Source of the DNA: Candidatus Rifleibacteriota bacterium
Lineage (GTDB): Bacteria > Muiribacteriota > UBA6191 > JACPRK01 > JACQZM01
Assembly: GCA_016213885.1 (NCBI GenBank)
Contig: JACQZM010000163.1
Span: 57,590 to 121,589, forward strand
Reading direction: 5' to 3'
DNA length: 64,000 nucleotides
The notes below the pieces were generated by a model, which saw only the letters and a program-made list of their open reading frames with translations, was not told where the DNA came from and searched no databases. Shown piece after piece: positions 49,522-59,326 of the stretch. The position numbers were made by a program, and so were the translations under genes. Every line of letters begins with the position of its first letter. The stretch's first letter is position 1.

Positions 49522-49607
49522 GGAATCCACGCCCCGACCTCGGAGAGGAGCGAGCGGTCATCGGGGCGGTTCCGACCTGGACAGGCCCCCGCAGCCCGCC
49601 ACTCGAT

Positions 49608-49623
49608 TGGCACCGCTCGTGCA
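49608..49623 (+). promoter_or_regulatory. Sigma-54 promoter TGGCAC-cgctc-GTGCA
   Basis: Shares the 17-nt block CGCCACTCGATTGGCAC with the promoter at 47283-47299; upstream of the tandem TolC-like genes. Confidence 0.55.
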
Positions 49624-49728
49624 TCGCCCGGCGAGCGGCCGGTCTCCGGTCCGGTCGTGACGAGGGCGCCGGCGAGACCGGTCGATTTCCCGGGACCAAC
49701 TCTGTTATGATGGCGGCGAAACCGTCAC

Positions 49729-51174
49729 GTGAGGATGTTCGGCCACCGTGCCCGCACTGCCGGTGAGCGCATCGATCGTGGGGTTCGTGTCTTGAAGACC
49801 ACCGCGTTGATCACGAGCCTGATCGTCTTGACCGCTCTCGCTCCGACGCCCGCCGCCGGGGACGATCCCGGCACCAGCAAGAGCGTGCCCGTCCAGTCGC
49901 CGACAGACCTCCGGTCCATCGGCCTGACGGTCAAGCTCGATGAGGTGGTCCGTCTCGTCGCCCTGAGAAACCCCACGGTGCTCGCCGGAGCGGCCCGGTG
50001 GAGCGGTTCGAGAGAGAAACGGGCCCAGGTCACCTCCCTGCCGGATCCTCGGATCGAGTGGATGAGCTTCACGAGGCAGATGATGCCCGAGAACGAACGC
50101 TGGGGACTCTCCCTGTCCCAGAGCTTCCCCGTTCCGGCGAAGCTGTCGCTGGCCGGGCGGGTCGCGGACAGGGAGTCCCGTCAGGCGCGCCTCCGGTACG
50201 AGATGGCGCTCCGGAACGCCCTCTCCGAAGCGAAGGAGGCGTTCTTCGAACTCTACTACATCGACCGGGCACGCCGTGTGACCGGCGAGGTCCTGGCGCT
50301 GTACGAGCGATACGCGTCGCTGGCCGTCGGCGGCGATGAGGCGGGGCAGCCGCGGCTGCCCGAGACGTTCCGGGCCGAGAGCCAGAAGGCGCAACTGGCC
50401 CACGACCTGATCCTGTTGACCGAGATGAGACGGGCCGAGGTCGAGAGGCTGCGGGGCCTCCTGGGAGCTCCGGAGGGAACGCCGATCGGAGCCACCTCCG
50501 ACGTGGTCGAGCCCACGGGCGACCTGCCCCCTCTCGAGCACCTTCAGTCACTGTCCCTAAAGTACAACCAGGAGCTGGCCAGCTCCGGCGTGGAGGTCGA
50601 CAAGGCACGCGATCAGGTCAGGCTCGCCCGGCTGGCTCCGCTGCCGGAGCTGATGATCGGAACCCGATACATGGGCACCGGAGGCAAGGGTTTTCCGGAG
50701 GGAGATCCCACCAGCGATCCCGTCGTGGTGACCGCCGAGATCACTCTGCCCATCTGGTACGGGAAGTACCGCGCCATGGCGAGGGAGGCGCGGCAGAACG
50801 AGACGGCCGCCCGGTTCGACCAGGAGGCGCAGAAGCTCCAGGTTCGAACCGATCTCGCCCGCGCTTACTTCACTCTCTCCAACGCGTCCCGGCTGGTGAG
50901 GCTCTACGGGCGGACGCTCTTGCCACAGGCCAGGCAGGCACTCGGATCGGCCGAGTCTCTCTACCGGAACGGAGCGACCAGCATGTTCGCCCTGATCGAG
51001 GTCGCGTCCACCGTCCACAACTTCGAGCTGGCCCGCCTCCGGGCGCTGGCCGATCTCTACCAGAACGTGGCCCGCATCGAACGGATCGTGGGCACGGCGA
51101 TCGAGCTGGCGCCGGCGCAGCCGGACGCACCGGGCCGGCCGGACGTCGAGGCGACAGGCGAGGCCGGACGATGA
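49729..51174 (+). CDS. TolC-family outer-membrane efflux protein (CusC-like), paralog 1
   Basis: Signal peptide, then two repeat halves with OEP-family heptad/coiled-coil pattern. Confidence 0.8.
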   Translation: MRMFGHRARTAGERIDRGVRVLKTTALITSLIVLTALAPTPAAGDDPGTSKSVPVQSPTDLRSIGLTVKLDEVVRLVALRNPTVLAGAARWSGSREKRAQVTSLPDPRIEWMSFTRQMMPENERWGLSLSQSFPVPAKLSLAGRVADRESRQARLRYEMALRNALSEAKEAFFELYYIDRARRVTGEVLALYERYASLAVGGDEAGQPRLPETFRAESQKAQLAHDLILLTEMRRAEVERLRGLLGAPEGTPIGATSDVVEPTGDLPPLEHLQSLSLKYNQELASSGVEVDKARDQVRLARLAPLPELMIGTRYMGTGGKGFPEGDPTSDPVVVTAEITLPIWYGKYRAMAREARQNETAARFDQEAQKLQVRTDLARAYFTLSNASRLVRLYGRTLLPQARQALGSAESLYRNGATSMFALIEVASTVHNFELARLRALADLYQNVARIERIVGTAIELAPAQPDAPGRPDVEATGEAGR

Positions 51175-52760
51175 AGACGAGCGGCTTTCCGCGATCCCTG
51201 GCCTGGCTGGCGATCCTGCTCGTCCTCGCGAGCGCCGGAAACGGCGAAGCGGTCCGATCCACCCGGCCGGCGTCGGATCCCACCGAGGCGCTCGTGAGAG
51301 CTCACCTCGAGCAGACCCGGGCTCTCTCGAACGTTCGGTCCGGCGTGGCCTCGACGCAGCCAGGGGCGAGCCCTGGAACCGACGAGGCGCTGGAACGGTC
51401 CAGGGTCGAGATCGCTGCCGCTCGCGACCGCTGGACCAGGCGGATCGAGGCGAGGCCCTCGCTCCAGGGAAGACTCCTGAAAGGCATCCCGGCCGTGATC
51501 GTGCGCCGGGTGGACGCCATGGCCGGTGACGCGCGCGCCGCGGGCTCGATCCTGGCGAAAGGGGCCTCGTGTCCGCTGGTGCTGGCGCTGGTGGCCGGGC
51601 GCAACCCGGAGGTCCAGGCCGCGTACGAGGCTCTCCGGGCGGTTCATCGACAGTTCGACCAGGCCTCCTACCTCGAGGATCTGGTGAGTCGGTATCGCTC
51701 GTTCACGCGGGAGCTCGACACCCGGGTCGGTCCGCAAAGTCACAAGGAGATGTCGGAGAAGACCTTCCCGTTTCCCGCCAACCTCGCCCTGAAGGGGCAT
51801 CTGGTCCAGCTCGCGTCGGAAATCGCGCTCCTGAGATACCAGCAGACCCTCCGGAAGGCGCTCGACGACGCCGGGCGCGGCTATGTCCAGGTCTACTTCG
51901 ACGGCCGGATGATCGCCCTCACCGAGGAGAACCGGAAGCTCGTGAGCGAGATGGAGGCGCTCACGCGAACTCAGGTGGCCGCCGGTGTGGCCACCCAGGC
52001 CGATCTTCTCAAGGCCCAGTCGACGCTGGCGACGATGGTGAACCAGGCCGAGTCGCTCGCGCGTCAGCGGATCGCCGACATCGCGCAGGTCAACGCGTTG
52101 ATGGGGCTGACCACCACTCCCTGGGGGGGCGTCCGCGACCCCGGTCTGGCCATGGACGTCCCCACCAGGGAAGGCCTCTTGAAGCGGGCGCTCTCGAACA
52201 GCCAGGAGCTCGCCATGGCCGATAAAGACGTCGAGCAGATGGAGACCATGGTCCGCATGGCCGAGTCGATGACCTATCCACGCGGCTCCGTGGGATACAC
52301 CCTCGTGGCTCCCTCCACCGGTGCGGAGGCAGGGCCCACACGGAGCATGATGGCCGCGTTTCCGCTGCGACAGGAGCCCGACGTGCAGCGGGCCGCCTTC
52401 GGCGCCCAGGCGGCGTACCTCGACGAGCTCCGCGTCCGGATCGTCAGGGCCAAGAGGGAGAGGGAGGCGGCTCGAGTCAAGGTGGAGCTGGCCGTCAATG
52501 ACGCCTGGGCACGCGTTCAGATCGCCCGCCGCACGCTTTCGACGCAGGAGCGGGAGATCGTGCCGCGGGCCAGACAGTCCTACCAGACGATGAGAGTCAG
52601 CTACGGCACGGGGCGTACGTCGTTTCTCGATCTGCTCGATGGCGCGCGGATGGTCGTGATGTCCTCCCAGGCCGTGGAGGAGGCCCGGCGAGACTTCTGG
52701 AAGAGCCGGATCGACCTGGAGGAGGCAGCCGGTGGAAGCGCTTGTGCGCTGCTCCGCTGA
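51171..52760 (+). CDS. TolC-family outer-membrane efflux protein, paralog 2
   Basis: Signal peptide (LAWLAILLVLASAG) and OEP-like repeats. Start overlaps the paralog 1 stop (ATGA). Confidence 0.7.
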   Translation: MKTSGFPRSLAWLAILLVLASAGNGEAVRSTRPASDPTEALVRAHLEQTRALSNVRSGVASTQPGASPGTDEALERSRVEIAAARDRWTRRIEARPSLQGRLLKGIPAVIVRRVDAMAGDARAAGSILAKGASCPLVLALVAGRNPEVQAAYEALRAVHRQFDQASYLEDLVSRYRSFTRELDTRVGPQSHKEMSEKTFPFPANLALKGHLVQLASEIALLRYQQTLRKALDDAGRGYVQVYFDGRMIALTEENRKLVSEMEALTRTQVAAGVATQADLLKAQSTLATMVNQAESLARQRIADIAQVNALMGLTTTPWGGVRDPGLAMDVPTREGLLKRALSNSQELAMADKDVEQMETMVRMAESMTYPRGSVGYTLVAPSTGAEAGPTRSMMAAFPLRQEPDVQRAAFGAQAAYLDELRVRIVRAKREREAARVKVELAVNDAWARVQIARRTLSTQEREIVPRARQSYQTMRVSYGTGRTSFLDLLDGARMVVMSSQAVEEARRDFWKSRIDLEEAAGGSACALLR

Positions 52761-52801
52761 AGAGCTTCGGTGCATCGGAGGGCGCACTCGCGACCAGCGG
52801 C

Positions 52802-53401
52802 TCACCGCCTCCCGTCGATCACGGCAGCCGCAACCTGGAGAAGCTGCGAGCTCAGCTCGACGTGGACGAGTCTCGCGGCATCACGGTTGACCTCGAAGCG
52901 AATGCGCTTGTCGACCGTCTTCAGGCCGAAGACTCCGCCGGCGTGGGCGAACCCTTCGGTCTCGCCCACAGTCAGGATGCCCTGCTTCTCCGTGACCGCG
53001 AAGATGCTCTTCAATCGGGGAAGCTCCGACGAGCCGACAAACAGAAGGTGGCAGCTCGTGACCTCGGCCAGCGACTTGAACCGCCGCACGGCGATCCTCT
53101 TGCCCTGAACCTCCTTGCCCCTGATAGCGTCCAGCGTGGACCCGAACGGGTCGGATCCGAGCACCGCAACCGTCAAGGTATCGCCAAGGGTAGCGTGGGC
53201 CGGGAACCTGGAAAAGCGGAGGAAGTTGAAGACGAAGCCCGCCTTGATCGTGTACTCACGCGTCTCCGCATCCTGCGCCAGCGCTGTCGAAACGGGCGCA
53301 ATGGCGACCAGCGCAACCACGATCGCACCGACATGGAAACGTCGACGACCCAGGGTCGGTCCGTCCGGACCGGCGGCAGGTCGACCGGTGGCACGGTTCA
53401 C
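52802..53401 (-). CDS. YfiR-family (DUF4154) periplasmic protein
   Basis: Signal peptide, then EYTIKAGFVFNFLRFSRFP ... CHLLFVGSSE is the YfiR signature. Confidence 0.6.
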   Translation of the reverse strand: MNRATGRPAAGPDGPTLGRRRFHVGAIVVALVAIAPVSTALAQDAETREYTIKAGFVFNFLRFSRFPAHATLGDTLTVAVLGSDPFGSTLDAIRGKEVQGKRIAVRRFKSLAEVTSCHLLFVGSSELPRLKSIFAVTEKQGILTVGETEGFAHAGGVFGLKTVDKRIRFEVNRDAARLVHVELSSQLLQVAAAVIDGRR

Positions 53402-53414
53402 GGCTCCCGTCCCC

Positions 53415-54491
53415 TCACCACACGTACTGGAGCCTCAACCCCAGGGTGAAGTCGGTCTCGAGCTGCGTTCCGTTCAGGCGCTGGTAGACCGGCACTCCGG
53501 CCTCGATGGTGAACCGGAGCTTCTGGAACCGGCCCTTGGGCACGTAGAAATCCAGCCCGCAGAGGGCGTCGGTACGGTCCCCTCCCTGCTGGTCGGGATC
53601 CTCGGCAGGCGTGTTCGCTGTGTCCAGTAGAGCATCCCGTCCCCCGAGCCTACCAACGGACTGGCCATCGAGCCTCAGGTGCACGGAGAACCAGCCCGTG
53701 ATCTTCCGGGCCACCCAGGCGGCCCAGTGGAGCTCATCACCGAGGCGGTAGCCGTTGCTGTTCTCCCCCAGCCTGGTCGTTGCCCCCACGGACACACCGA
53801 CCACCCCGTCTCGTCTCTCATGGAGGCATATCAGTCCAGGAAGCAGATCGAAGGTGCCGGAGCCGAGCTGCATCGAGTACGGAAGCCGCCGCGAGCCCGT
53901 GGGAGTCTGATCCCACCGGTCGATCGATCCGGTCGGAAGGCTCAAGGACGCGTTGGCGAGCAGGCGCACGCCCCCCTTCTTGTAGACTTGCATGGTCGAT
54001 CCGAGGTGAACGTCGCCAATGCCCTCCGATCTGGTTCTGAACAGCACGGGCGGATCCGACACGCCCATCCCGCCCATGGCCCCCGACTGGATCTGGTCCA
54101 TCTCCTTCCGGATGAAGGGGATCATCAGGGTGAACGACAGCTCATCGGAGGGGGCGTGCATCACCTCGACGCTGGTCATGCTCATGAACATCCCGGTTTC
54201 GGCCATGGGGTAACGGCCCAGAACGTCCTCGACGTCGACCTGCTGGCTACCCCGCCGATTGCCTTTCAGGTTCATGCTCGTGAACTGATTGGCGACCATC
54301 CACTCGCCCTTGTGGTGGGTGTGGGTACCCATCACGCCCGTGCTGAACAGGTCCACCCGGAGCGTCATCAGTTCCTCCAGCGTCAGCTTCGTCACATCGG
54401 ACGGAAGGTCCTGGTGGGCCGGGCTGGCCGCCCAGCCCAGGCAGACGAAGCAAAGCAGCGGAGTCAACACGCGGCAGGCCGCGACGATCAC
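53415..54491 (-). CDS. Outer-membrane beta-barrel protein (MetA-pathway/phenol-degradation-like transporter family)
   Basis: GTG start with RBS GAAGGAGG, signal peptide, alternating beta-strand pattern, C-terminal ...LRLQYVW. Confidence 0.6.
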   Translation of the reverse strand: MIVAACRVLTPLLCFVCLGWAASPAHQDLPSDVTKLTLEELMTLRVDLFSTGVMGTHTHHKGEWMVANQFTSMNLKGNRRGSQQVDVEDVLGRYPMAETGMFMSMTSVEVMHAPSDELSFTLMIPFIRKEMDQIQSGAMGGMGVSDPPVLFRTRSEGIGDVHLGSTMQVYKKGGVRLLANASLSLPTGSIDRWDQTPTGSRRLPYSMQLGSGTFDLLPGLICLHERRDGVVGVSVGATTRLGENSNGYRLGDELHWAAWVARKITGWFSVHLRLDGQSVGRLGGRDALLDTANTPAEDPDQQGGDRTDALCGLDFYVPKGRFQKLRFTIEAGVPVYQRLNGTQLETDFTLGLRLQYVW

Positions 54492-54540
54492 GGACGACCT
54501 CCTTCGCTGAAGGTTGCGGGGTCGGGCTGGCAGGATCGGA

Positions 54541-55098
54541 TCAATGATGCCCTCCGTGGGTCGAACCGGCTCCACTCCGCGCACTCCCGGCGCTCTCACC
54601 GTTCGAGCTCCGCTGGGGGTCCGCGTCGTCGACCCGGCGCTGTTTGATCCTGACGGCATCGAGACCTGTCTTCAGCTGGTTGATCTTCTCGTCCAGGCGT
54701 TTGGCCTTCTCCGTGCCGCCCCGCGCGCGAAGCTTGTCCCGTGTCGCACGCAGGGTGGCGATCTCTCGTCTCAGGCGGATCTCCTCCAGCTTCAAGTCGA
54801 GCGCCTCGAGCGCCTCCGGCGAGGCGCCCGCTTCCTCCGACTCCCGCTTTGTGCGAATGAGCTCCTGCTCCTTCTTTACGAGCTCGTCAGGCTTCTCGTT
54901 GGCCTTGCGCCCGAACGGCCAGAAGCTTCCCGAGGATCTCTCCGTGGTCGGTGCCGCACTTTTCTGATCGGACGCGGCCTCGGCGGGCGCCATCCCCGCA
55001 GCTGCGGGCTGATGGCCGCCCCCTTGGGCTGCGAGCCGAGTCGTCCCGATCAAGATGGCGATGATCATCAGAGCGATCTGGCGTCCGTCGAGTCTCAT
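54541..55098 (-). CDS. Secreted coiled-coil periplasmic protein
   Basis: Signal peptide MRLDGRQIALMIIAILIGTTRLAAQ, then a Lys/Glu/Arg-rich coiled coil. The annotated upstream extension covers the promoter. Confidence 0.45.
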   Translation of the reverse strand: MRLDGRQIALMIIAILIGTTRLAAQGGGHQPAAAGMAPAEAASDQKSAAPTTERSSGSFWPFGRKANEKPDELVKKEQELIRTKRESEEAGASPEALEALDLKLEEIRLRREIATLRATRDKLRARGGTEKAKRLDEKINQLKTGLDAVRIKQRRVDDADPQRSSNGESAGSARSGAGSTHGGHH

Positions 55099-55135
55099 TC
55101 GTCCTGCCTCCTGGCGCATCCGCGCCTGGAGAGCC

Positions 55136-55151
55136 AGCACGACCAGTGCCA
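55136..55151 (-). promoter_or_regulatory. Sigma-54 promoter TGGCAC-tggtc-GTGCT (minus strand), AATAGTCT motif about 90 bp upstream at 55240-55247
   Basis: Exact spacing; drives the coiled-coil / OM-barrel / YfiR operon. Confidence 0.5.
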
Positions 55152-55654
55152 ACCACGGCCCTGGATGAAAGCCGGTCCGGACGGGGGCCGGGTAGGCGAG
55201 AGCGCCCTCTCTTCACACGATTCTCAACATCCGGTTACCAATAGTCTCATCCCTCCTTCCGTATGTCACGAGGGACATCCGCCCCCGCCTCTCGCCGACA
55301 TCCACCGGCGCGGAACAAGAGAAGCACCCGCCGGCCGAGCGACAGAATCGAGGCGGTTTCTCGTCCTGGCTCGACGCGGATGGTTCGGGCAGGACAGTAA
55401 CACGGTGATGGCACTGAAATCCACTCATGATCAGCACTTCGGAAGGACTGAACGAGATATCGGATGGCCCACATGCGAAAAGAGGGGTCTCATGTCCCCG
55501 GGCTCGGACCGGGTGCACCGTCAGCTCCCCTCGCCATGCGAGCTCTCCTCCGGTGGACAGGCCATGGACCGGCTTGCACGGACCCGGCGAGGTCAGCTAT
55601 GCTGAACCACGTGATGTGATGCGCCCTCGGGTCTGTCCGCAAGAGGAGACTGCG

Positions 55655-56515
55655 ATGAGCACAGCGACGGCACCCCTGCTCCCTACCATCGAGCTCCCCT
55701 ACGATGATGGCGAACCCATGGACTCACCGTGGCACCGTGCTCAGATGGAGCTCCTGATTCAGTCCACCCACGTCCATTGGGGTGACCGTTCCGACTACTA
55801 CACCGGCGGCAACATGTTCGTGTACTTCAGCTTCGATCAGGTGCGCACGCACGATTACCGCGGCCCGGACTACTTCACCGCCGTCGGAGTCGACGGCACC
55901 AAGGAACGCAAGGCCTGGGTGGTATGGGAGGAGGGTGGACGGTACCCGGACATCATCATCGAGCTTCTGTCGCCGTCGACCCGCTCCGACGACCTCGGGA
56001 CGAAGAAGAGCCTCTACGAGCGGGTTTTCCGGACGATCGAGTACTTCTGTTACGACCCGGAGTCCCGGGACCTGTCAGGGTGGCGGCTCCTCCGGGGACG
56101 ATACGAAGCGATCGAACCGGGAGGCGGAGGCCGGATGGGGAGTGACGTGCTCGGGGCGTCCCTGGGGCTCTGGGAGGGTACCTTCGACCGGATCAGCGGC
56201 GCGTGGCTCCGACTCTGGGACCACAAGGGCAGACTCGTGTCGCTGGACAGCGAGCGCGCCGAAGCCGAGCACGCGCGAGCCGAAGCCGAGCACGAGCGCG
56301 CCGAAGCCGAGCACGCACGAGCCGAAACCGCCCAGCAGCGAACCGCCATCGTCCAGGAGGCGGGTCGCTTTCTCGGGCTGTTTCATCGACAGGGTGCCCA
56401 GGCGACGCTCGCCCAACTGCGTCGGGTCGGCGGGGGTCGAGTCGACCGTCTGATCGACGAGATCGAGGCGTTGGACCCGGACGCCGGGCACGCGCTGCGG
56501 AGCGCGGGTTCGTGA
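55655..56515 (+). CDS. Uma2-family endonuclease (DUF820) with internal RAEAEH x3 tandem repeat
   Basis: LPYDDGEPMDSPWHR ... PDIIIELLSPST ... is the Uma2 signature. RBS AAGAGGAG. 18-bp repeats at 56258-56330. Confidence 0.8.
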   Translation: MSTATAPLLPTIELPYDDGEPMDSPWHRAQMELLIQSTHVHWGDRSDYYTGGNMFVYFSFDQVRTHDYRGPDYFTAVGVDGTKERKAWVVWEEGGRYPDIIIELLSPSTRSDDLGTKKSLYERVFRTIEYFCYDPESRDLSGWRLLRGRYEAIEPGGGGRMGSDVLGASLGLWEGTFDRISGAWLRLWDHKGRLVSLDSERAEAEHARAEAEHERAEAEHARAETAQQRTAIVQEAGRFLGLFHRQGAQATLAQLRRVGGGRVDRLIDEIEALDPDAGHALRSAGS

Positions 56516-56656
56516 CACCCGGACCGCCCCCTTCGAGGTTTTCCCGGACCCACCGGTCTTGCGGCCCTGACGGCAGGAAGCTCGCCCCGGAGGGTCCCGT
56601 GGTCGGTGACGCACTCGCCCGAAGAGAGAAGTGAAGCTGAGGCGCCTGGAGAGACG

Positions 56657-58015
56657 ATGGCACGCATTCTCTTCGCCGACGACGATCAGACCGGCCGCGA
56701 GGTGGCCCGGTATCACCTGACCGAGGCGGGTTACGAGGTCGACGCCGTCGGGGACGGCCAGCAGGCGATCGAGCTCTTCTCGGAGCACCCTCACGATCTC
56801 GTGGTGGCCGATCTGAAGATGCCCGGAGCCACCGGTCTGGAGATTCTGGCTCACGTCAAGAAGCTCGCTCGTGAGGTTCCCGTGGTCGTCATCACCGCCC
56901 ACGGGAGCGTGGAGACGGCCATCTCGGCGATGAAGGGGGGCGCCTACGACTTCATCGAGAAGCCATTCAAGCGCGACGTGCTGCTCCTGGTGGTGCTACG
57001 CGCCCTTCAGATGCGCAGCCTGGCGCTGGAGAACCGGACGCTCAGACGCAAGGTCCTGGGCGTGGAGCGGGACATCGTCGTCTCCTCCAAGGCGCTCCTC
57101 CGGCTGCTCGAGTCCGTGGACAAGGTGGCCCAGAGCGAGGCGACGATCCTGATCACGGGAGAGAGCGGCAGCGGCAAGGAACTGATCGCGCGGCGCCTTC
57201 ACATCAAGAGCCTTCGCGCGGACGGGCCGTTCGTGGCGGTCAACTGCGCGGCCATGCCCGGCGAGCTCCTCGAGACGGAGCTGTTCGGTCATGAGAAAGG
57301 GGCCTACACCGGCGCCACGAAGGCACGGCTGGGTCGGTTCCGGACCGCCGAGGGGGGCACGCTCTTCCTCGACGAGATCGCCGAGCTCCCGCTGACCTTG
57401 CAGGCGAAGCTCCTCCGCACTCTTCAGGAACGCGTCATCGACGTCGTGGGATCGGACCAGCCGGTGGCCGTGAACGTGCGTGTCGTGGCCGCCACGAACC
57501 AGCCGCTGGCCGAGAGGATCGAGGCCGGCACGTTTCGAAAGGACCTCTACTACCGGCTCAACGTCGTCGAGATCCAGGTGCCGCCTCTGAGAGACCGCAT
57601 CGAGGATGTCGCCGCCCTGGCGCGACACTTCGTTCATCGATTGGCCGCAGGGCGTGAGCTGTCCATTCCCGAAGAGGTCCTCTCGGCGCTCCAGCGGTAC
57701 TCGTGGCCGGGCAACGTGCGGGAGCTGGAGAACGCCTGCGAGCGGCTGGTCCTCCTCTGCGACGGAGACACCCTCCGGGTCGAGGACCTCCCCCCGGCGA
57801 TCGGCAAGCTGGCCGCCGGGCCGTCGAACCAGAGAGGAACGGACCTCCTCCAGCTTCCTCCGGAAGGCCTGTCTCTCATGGACTTGGAGCGCCGCGTCAT
57901 CGAGAGCGCGCTTTTGCTCAAGAAGGGAAACGTCACCCAGACAGCCGCCTACCTGCGTATTCCACGGCACGTCCTGGCCTACCGGATCGAGAAGTTCGGT
58001 ATTCGACGTGGCTGA
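56657..58015 (+). CDS. Sigma-54-dependent response regulator (NtrC family: REC, AAA+ sigma-54 activator, Fis HTH)
   Basis: REC (DLVVADLKMPG), Walker A GESGSGKE, GAFTGA-equivalent (GAYTGA), ESELFGHEKG, C-terminal HTH. Confidence 0.9.
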   Translation: MARILFADDDQTGREVARYHLTEAGYEVDAVGDGQQAIELFSEHPHDLVVADLKMPGATGLEILAHVKKLAREVPVVVITAHGSVETAISAMKGGAYDFIEKPFKRDVLLLVVLRALQMRSLALENRTLRRKVLGVERDIVVSSKALLRLLESVDKVAQSEATILITGESGSGKELIARRLHIKSLRADGPFVAVNCAAMPGELLETELFGHEKGAYTGATKARLGRFRTAEGGTLFLDEIAELPLTLQAKLLRTLQERVIDVVGSDQPVAVNVRVVAATNQPLAERIEAGTFRKDLYYRLNVVEIQVPPLRDRIEDVAALARHFVHRLAAGRELSIPEEVLSALQRYSWPGNVRELENACERLVLLCDGDTLRVEDLPPAIGKLAAGPSNQRGTDLLQLPPEGLSLMDLERRVIESALLLKKGNVTQTAAYLRIPRHVLAYRIEKFGIRRG

Positions 58016-58058
58016 TCGAGCGTCCCCCCGCGTCCTCGGCAGGTTCTTCTCGCTCCAG

Positions 58059-59132
58059 ATGACGCTCGTCGCCTGGCTCCCCGTGGCGATCATCACGGTT
58101 CTCCACTACACGACCAGCTCCCATCAGCATTGGCTGCACGACATCTTCCGGAGGCTCTACTACATGCCGATCCTCTTCGGCGCCTTCTCGCGGGGCCTGG
58201 TGGGTGGTCTGGGCGTGGCCGTGGTGGTGGTGGCGGTCTACACCCCTCATGCCTTCACCCACGTGGGACACATGGATCCGGCCCGGTCGCTCGAGAAATC
58301 GCTCGAGATGATCCTGTACGTGTTGATCGGTTGCGTGGCGGGCTGGCTCGTGGACCGGGAGAGACGCAAGCACGAGGATCTGCTGGCGACCGGGCGGAAG
58401 CTCGAGGAGGCTCTGGAGGAACAGCGCCGCGCCGTGGACCAGCTGATCCGGGCCGGACGGCTGGCGGCGCTGGGGGAGATGGTCGCGGGCATCGCGCACG
58501 AGATCAAGAACCCGCTGCACTCGCTGGAGGGCACGGCGGAGATCGTGGACGCGGTCGTGCCGGAGAACGCTCCCCAGCGCCACATGTGGGAGCTGCACCT
58601 GGACGAGATCCGGAGGCTGAAACGAGTCCTGGAGCGGTTCCTGTCGTTCGCGCGCCCGGCCGCTCCGGAGCGCCGCACCACGGACATCGTGGGCATCGTC
58701 GAGCGCGTCCGCCATCTCGTCTCCTCTCAGGACCGACAGCAGCACGTCCGGATCGTGAAGGAGGACCCTCCGACCGGCTTCGACCCCACGCTTCGGGGCG
58801 ACGAGGAGCAGCTCGTACAGGTCCTTCTGAACATCTCCCTGAACGCCCTGCAGGCCATGGCCAAGGACGGCGGCTCCCTGGCCTATTCGTTCCGACGGGA
58901 ATCTCGCGGCGCGCGAGAGTACGTGCTCGTCCTGGTCTCCAACACCGGCCCCTCGATACCGGAGGGAGATCTGGAACGGATTTTCGACCCGTTCGTCACG
59001 ACCAAGAGCGACGGGATCGGTCTGGGACTGTCCATCGCTTCGAGGATCGTGGAGCAGCACGACGGATTCATCGAGGTCGCCAACCACCCCCAGGGGCGAG
59101 GCGTGACGTTCACGGTGTGCCTGCCCGTTTGA
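58059..59132 (+). CDS. Membrane sensor histidine kinase, partner of the NtrC-like regulator
   Basis: Three TM helices, H-box MVAGIAHEIKNPL, N/G boxes (LNALQAM, GIGLGLSIA). Alternative GTG start at 58008. Confidence 0.85.
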   Translation: MTLVAWLPVAIITVLHYTTSSHQHWLHDIFRRLYYMPILFGAFSRGLVGGLGVAVVVVAVYTPHAFTHVGHMDPARSLEKSLEMILYVLIGCVAGWLVDRERRKHEDLLATGRKLEEALEEQRRAVDQLIRAGRLAALGEMVAGIAHEIKNPLHSLEGTAEIVDAVVPENAPQRHMWELHLDEIRRLKRVLERFLSFARPAAPERRTTDIVGIVERVRHLVSSQDRQQHVRIVKEDPPTGFDPTLRGDEEQLVQVLLNISLNALQAMAKDGGSLAYSFRRESRGAREYVLVLVSNTGPSIPEGDLERIFDPFVTTKSDGIGLGLSIASRIVEQHDGFIEVANHPQGRGVTFTVCLPV

Positions 59133-59233
59133 GGATATTCTAGAATCGGCTCCAAGAAGCCAGGCGAGCTCTCACTCTCTCGAACGGCCACCGGTCCGCA
59201 CGAGAAGCCCCGGTCCAGGGCTGGTGGTCGCTG

Positions 59234-59249
59234 TGGCATCCATCCTGCT
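59234..59249 (+). promoter_or_regulatory. Sigma-54 promoter TGGCAT-ccatc-CTGCT; 10-bp palindrome ATTCTAGAAT about 90 bp upstream (59139-59148)
   Basis: Exact spacing; 78 bp upstream of the small secreted protein gene. Confidence 0.5.
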
Positions 59250-59326
59250 AGTGAGGGGGCCGTGACGATCGCCACGGTAGGTTCCTGGCCGTCGTCACGG
59301 TCTTTGCCGGACAGAAGGAGTGCCCC

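Noticed and set aside
49262-49600. SAM-I riboswitch upstream of the transsulfuration gene
   Set aside because: I looked for the conserved SAM-I elements (GGTGGAGGGA, GCCCGATGAA, CAACC) on the minus strand and could not find them. Kept only as a low-interest leader.
56650-56665. TGGCACG at 56653
   Set aside because: This is the ATG-GCA-CGC start codon region of the response regulator. It has no -12 TTGC element at the correct spacing, so it is not a sigma-54 promoter.
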